Both the position numbers and the translations under genes were made by a program. Positions 58,854-64,000 of a DNA stretch of 64,000 nucleotides are shown here, in pieces. The notes beneath the pieces are model-generated. The model did not search any database. It had not been told where the DNA came from and saw only the letters and a program-made list of their open reading frames with translations. Source of the DNA: Anthoceros angustus (Eukaryota > Plantae > Anthocerotophyta). Location: positions 434,001 to 498,000 of the forward strand of contig MU008195.1 in NCBI GenBank assembly GCA_010909165.1. Reading direction: 5' to 3'. Positions within the stretch are counted from its first letter, which is position 1. Every line of letters starts with the position of its first letter.

Positions 58854-60470
58854 CAACTACTAGAAACAAGGGGTTGATGTTATGCTTTTTTGTTACAAAG
58901 AGGTTGTTGGCGTGTCCCAAAAGCGTAACAAATTTCTGGCATGGGAGAGAGACATGACATACAAGCCTGGTACTCAACTTCTGTAACACTTCTTAATATT
59001 GGTACTTTTTGCATGGGAAAGAGGCAATGGAAATGGAACTCGCCACATTGTTCAAAGGTAATTGGAAATGATAATATGGGTCCCGCCCCCACCTCATCCT
59101 TACATCCATTTCTCTCTTCTTTGCCTAGTCCCTTGGTATCTCCCATATCAAAAGAAAGCAACTAGAACATCTCACCAAACTTAATATCTAGCCACCTTCT
59201 CTCCTCTTTCTCCATGAAAAGTGCCACCCACTTCCAACATTGGGGCGGTGAGGAGCGAGCAAGGAGGAGCGAGCGGTGGGTGAGGAGGGAGGAGCGGGCG
59301 GTGAGCGGCGGGCGGGCGCGGGCGTGGCGGGCGGGTGGTGCGGAGCGGGCGGCGCGGGCGGGCGGGGCGCAGAGCGGGCGGCGCGCGGGCGCGCGGGCGC
59401 GGCGGGCGCGGGCGGCGCGGGCGGGCGCGGGCGGGCGGCGGGCGCGGGCGGGCGCGGGCGGGCGCGGGCGGGCGCGGGCGGGCGCGGGCGGGCGCGGGCG
59501 GGCGCGGACGGGCGTGGGCGGGCGCGGACGGGCGCGACGGGTGCGTTCGCCGAATATGGGCGCGACGGGCAGGGACCGACGGGGCAGAGGTGCGCCGCGG
59601 CGGGGAGGTGCCAGCGTGAGCGGCGCTGTGGCAGCGCGGTGCGGAGGCGGTGCGCGAAGCGTGCTTTGGGAGGCGGAGCGTGCGCGGGAGCGACGGCGGA
59701 GCGGGAGTGGGCGCGGGCGGTGCAGCTGCGGTGGGCGCTGTGCGGGGCGGACCGAGTGGGCTCGGGCGCGGTGCGCAGGAAGCGGCGTTGCGGGAGTGGG
59801 TGCAGTGGGTGCCGTGCGGTGCAGGCGGGGGCACGATGCGTGCGCCGGGCGCGAAATATGGTGCGGTGCGCAGTGCGGTGGCGAGCGCGGAATGTGGGGG
59901 CGCGGCGTAAGAGGCGGCGTTGTGCGCGGGAGTGGTGCGGTGGGCGCCGTGCAGTGCAGGCGGGGGCACGGTGCGGTACGCGGCGCGAATGTAGTGGGCG
60001 CTGCGCAAGAGCGGCGTTGTGTGCGGGAGTGGTGCGAAAGTGGGCGCCAGGCGGCGGCACGGGCGGGCACGGCAAGGTATCAATGGGCACTAATGTGGTG
60101 TACCTGCCATGGGCAGGAAAGCAGAGCGTACAAAGGTTGGGACGAGGTGCGTGGCGGTAGGGGTCGCAGCCTTCCGTGGCATGAGGCGGGGCCCGGGCAA
60201 CCCGCTGTCGCATGGGGCCGGGCCAGTCTCCGGGACGGCATGCCCGGCTCAAGCCGAGGTACGGTATCCCCCGGAGTAGGTGGGCAAGTGTGTTAATCGA
60301 GTTTGAAGAGATCGGTGTGGGTCTCTCATGGCCTGTCACGGCCCAGAGGCGGGCCTCGGCCGGGTTCACGCTAGTGTGCCACCGGAAGTTGCACAGCCAA
60401 GATGCGTTGCCGCGGTGGTCGTGGGAATTTATTTTTTCCCATTTTGTTCTGGGCCTTTCTAGTAGCCGTG
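58854..60470. mobile_element. Possible non-autonomous CACTA-like insertion into the Copia remnant
   Basis: The left end CAACTACTAGAAAC (CACTACTAGAAA plus one nt) falls exactly where Copia homology stops. The right end is TTTCTAGTAGCCGTG at ~60456-60470. Both TIRs are imperfect. Confidence 0.4.
59305..59530 (+). repeat. (GCGCGGGCGG)n satellite, copy B
   Basis: Same motif as copy A, within the duplicated unit. Confidence 0.92.
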
Positions 60471-60849
60471 GATTTCTACCCCGCCTTTTGGTTGCGAGTT
60501 GCAAAAGGGGCTAGTTTGGTGGGCTCAGTGGTTCTGGTGGGTTGCGCCTCTAGGCAGCTCTTACGGCCTTTTGTTCACTCACGAGCTCACACCCGTATGT
60601 CTCGTAAAGGCCGGGTCGCTTGTCCCCGGCCCCGCATCCTCCCCGCCTTTCGCCTCGATCGCATTTGGCGGTTCTTTTAGTACCCTTCCCACGGGGTCTG
60701 TCTACACTTCTGTGGATCACATGGACACCAGTGTCCCGTCAGGCTCAACTTTGCCGGTGTCAAGGGGTGAAAACCCACATTGGGCACATGCATAAAGATT
60801 TCGACTGACTACAGGCTGCCCAAGTGCACATTGCGACCTCCGCCTCCAC

Positions 60850-63750
60850 CAGCAGTTCGGCCCGCCAGTCCTTGGTAAGCCTCTCTTCCGAATGGTTGGG
60901 TCACCGATCACATACTTGGATGTTTGAAACCCGCTTCCATGCTCACAAGATCTTCCGCAGCTTCCCGCCACCTTCATGATGATGCTCACATGCCCATCTT
61001 CCCTGATCGCCTTGCCTCGATCCCCAAGACGAGTTAGCTTGGTGCCTTCTCTGCCTCCCGGTGGTGCCTTCTGTTCTAGGGTGGGGCTTCGGGCATCGGA
61101 AGTTGCTAGCCGTCTTGGCGCTTTCGGGTGATCGGGCATCCCTCCGTGAGGAGGCTTTGCGTCTTGCCCGGGCGGAATCCGCATGTTGGAACAAGTCCGG
61201 TAATGCAACAAACCTGCTGCTGTCAGCTTGGCCAGCGGTGAGTATGCTCATGCTGTGGCTCTTCGACCTCCCTAGCCCCGCTTATAAGGAGACCATTGTT
61301 GCCCTCCGTGCTCCATCCAAAGACCCAAGGATGCCATCCCCGGACATATCTCGACCACGCCCGAGGATCCCTTCTCCTCGATCGGGCAAATTTTGCTCTG
61401 CACTCTCAACGACGCCTTTCATCTCCCGGGTTGTCAGGAATGGTGTTTGAACACCTCAGGGACCTTTTTCTCCCCGAAGATCCATCTAATGGCTTCCCAG
61501 AGCTCTTTTCTCTGGCCGCTGAGTGGCTCGGGGTGAGATACCTCACCAGATTTCCCATGAACATGAACGCAGGTGATCCATGTTCTGTGCCCAGCTGTTG
61601 AACGCGCTGGAGAACATCCCTCATGTTTTCAAGAGAAGCTGTGGTGTCCCGAGCTTGTTCCTCACAGTTTTTCTCCTTCAACCGGTCAAACACCTCGGAA
61701 TATTTAGTTTTGTCAAGCCGAATTTGAATCTTTGTCTGAGTCTCGCGAATACTCTCGTCGTCAAGCCCTCCACTATTCATGACCATGTCGGCAAGCTGGA
61801 CCTTGGTGTTGCCCAAATCCAAGAGTGCCTCCTCCCATCTTTTGACAAAAGCGGCCTCCTCCGGCAAGCTTCCAACTCGCACGAATTTTTCCACAGACCT
61901 CATCCATGACAACCTTTGGTGCCCATGGCTCAAGACACGAGCTGGCCAGTGTCACTTTTCTCGCCGCCACCGCAGAATCAATTGGAGACTCCTCGTCTCC
62001 CTTCTTGCCGCCTCCTCTTCTACATTCTTTGCAGGAGGTCCGTCCTTCTTCATGGCCTTCAGGCTTCCTCTTCCCAACTCGAGAGCTCCAGATTCTTTGG
62101 GAGGATCGCCTCGTGGGCATTCTGGCTCACTTTGGCAGAGTGGAACACTCTTCCACATCAACCTCCGCCTCTGCATCATCACCGCCACCACAACAGTTGT
62201 GAAGAATCGTTGTATTCTCTGCGGATGGGACTTCCACGTGATTTCTTCTCCATCGCATCGCCTTATCACCTTCCTCTTCTCAACACTAAATAGTACTCAA
62301 ACCAATTCACACGCTTGCCAAGCTTCTTCTCGATTAGGAACCCAAGTGCCACAAAGTGGCACCCTTTATCTGCTGACCGTGGGAGCCATACTGACTTCTC
62401 AACAAGACTATCAACATCGTCCACTCTATGTCGAGAAGAGGTCATGATCCCCAAGAGGTATCCATCGTTCCCATTAGTGACATCCCCAAAATGCCTCTTG
62501 ATCTCATCTTCACCTCCAATAGCCTCCTTTAGTCCAACTTTGTTGTTGCATCTCACATTCACACCCGTAGTTGACAATTCCATATCACCGTAGTGCCAAC
62601 ACCAATGCTCCCCACTTTTTCGAATGTCGTGTCCTTGCAGGCAGACACCTTTGCACTATCCAACCTAGCCTTGTGGCGCCTAGCGTTCTGTCCATCTTGC
62701 TTGCAGAGGCGCTTGACACACCGGAAGTATCGCGGCCGCTCACGCCACGCCGAGCTTCCAACTCGCACTAATTTTTCCATGCACCTCATCCATGACAACC
62801 TTTGGTGCCCATGGCTCAAGACACGAGCGCCAGTGTCACTTTTCTCGCCGCCACCGCAGAATCAATTGGAGACTCGTCTCCCTTCTTGCCGGCCTCCTCT
62901 TCTACATTCTTTGCAGGAGGTCCGTCCTTCTTCATGGCCTTCAGCTTCCTCTTCCCAACTCGAGAGCTCCAGATTGCTGGGAGGATCGCCTGGGGTCGCT
63001 CTCCGCCCGCTCGACTGTGAGTGGAACACTCTTCCACATCAACCTCCGCCTCGCATCATCACCGCCACCACAACAGTTGTGAAGAATCGCTTGTATTCTC
63101 TCGCAGATGGGACTTCCACGTGATTTCTTCTCCATCGATCCGCCTTTATCCCGCTTCCTCTTCTCAGCTAAATAGTACTCAAACCAATTCACACGCTTGC
63201 CAAGCTTCTTCTCGATTAGGAACCCAAGTGCCACAAACTGGCACCCTTTATGCAACCGTGGGAGCCCGCCCATGCCTTCTCAACAAGACTATCAACATGC
63301 GCCCACTCTATGTCGACAAGAGGTCCGTGATCCCCAAGAGGTATCCATCGCTCCCATTAGTGACATCCCCAAAATGCCTCTTGATCTCATCTTCACCTCC
63401 AATAGCCTCCTTTAGTCCAACTCGTAGTTCAAAGACATCTCACATTCACACCGTAGTTGACAATTCCATATCACCGTAGTGCCAACACCAATGCTCCCCA
63501 ATTTTTCAGAATGTCGTGTCCTTGCAGAGCCGCAGACACCTTTGCGACTCTATCCAACCTAGCCTTCAGCTGGCGCCTAGCGTTCCTGTCCATCTTGCTT
63601 GCACAGAGGCGCTTGACACACCACCGGTATCGCCACCGCCTCGCCACACGCCGAGCCTTCACCCTACTCGTTGCTAGTGACATGGTGTCCTTCACTGCAC
63701 CGTCGCTTTGTCCGCCACCCACTCCCGTTTGGCACCAGCGCCTCGCTCCA
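60850..63750 (-). pseudogene. Degenerate unclassified ORF, probably TE-associated, with an internal ~0.89-kb tandem duplication (61866-62750 / 62751-63655)
   Basis: Protein-like fragments are LKEAIGGEDEIKRHFGDVTNGNDGYLLG, KGCHFVALGFLIEKKLGKRVNWFEYYL and EEALLDLGNTKVQLADMVMNSGGLDDESIRE. The duplicated copies differ by many indels. Confidence 0.45.
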
Positions 63751-64000
63751 GAAGGCGGATCGCCGCACGGCCGGCGAACCCAAACGCCTTCCGCACAAAC
63801 CCACCGCCTATTGCTCGCACCACCGAGCTCCCAACCGGCCAGAAACCCATTACTCCAAGCGGTTCTCACAGACAGCCACCGTCACACCTACTATTCCGCG
63901 CACGAGAAAGCTCTAGTGTACATATAGGGACTCACCAGGAAAACCTCAAGCCGGTGGTCGCCTCGAGTTCGCCGCACCCACCGCCCGCCGCACCACAACG

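Larger units (their letters stand above)
56824..60358. repeat. ~1.7-1.8 kb imperfect tandem duplication (56824-58554 / 58555-60358)
   Basis: Both units start with ttaccttctct..ataaagtgatgt and contain the Copia RNaseH piece, caactactagaaacaagggg and the GC satellite. They differ by many small indels. Confidence 0.85.

Noticed and set aside
57415-60504. Many long Pro/Ala/Arg/Gly-rich ORFs on both strands
   Set aside because: These are stop-free by-products of an extremely GC-rich satellite, open in most frames, with no domain content.
1-64000. rRNA, tRNA, telomeric arrays or prokaryotic/HGT segments
   Set aside because: I saw no conserved rRNA or tRNA signatures. TTTAGGG occurs only as isolated hits, and all recognised genes have plant-type homologs, most with spliceosomal introns.

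Overview
Eukaryotic land-plant nuclear DNA with short spliceosomal introns. A YABBY gene and a TMC channel gene in a compact, gene-dense context suggest a non-seed plant, most plausibly a hornwort; this is inference, and a lycophyte cannot be excluded. The left ~38 kb is gene-rich. It holds an intronless VAMP714, a possible LRR gene, and a ~14-exon TMC (transmembrane channel-like) gene with a very large repeat-built N-terminus. It also holds a tandem array of three divergent secreted 8-cysteine (nsLTP-like) genes interleaved with decayed BET3, glutaredoxin and GatA fragments, and two GPI/TM-tailed GH17 glucanase paralogs that each lack a different catalytic Glu. Further genes are an HDHD3-like HAD hydrolase, a TPT-type translocator without an obvious plastid transit peptide, and a YABBY gene tail-to-tail with a JAZ (TIFY+Jas) gene. 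The right ~26 kb is mostly transposon-derived. It contains a structurally complete chromoviral Ty3/gypsy element (LTRs, PBS, PPT, 5-bp TSD), two Copia remnants, a CACTA end with a 99-bp tandem array, GC-rich satellites and indel-rich tandem duplications, around one intact CCDC97-like gene. Dispersed remnants of an RLE-type (CRE-like) non-LTR retrotransposon are also present. I found no rRNA, tRNA or CRISPR. All exon models were read by eye from GT-AG signals and protein similarity recalled from memory; none was checked by database search.
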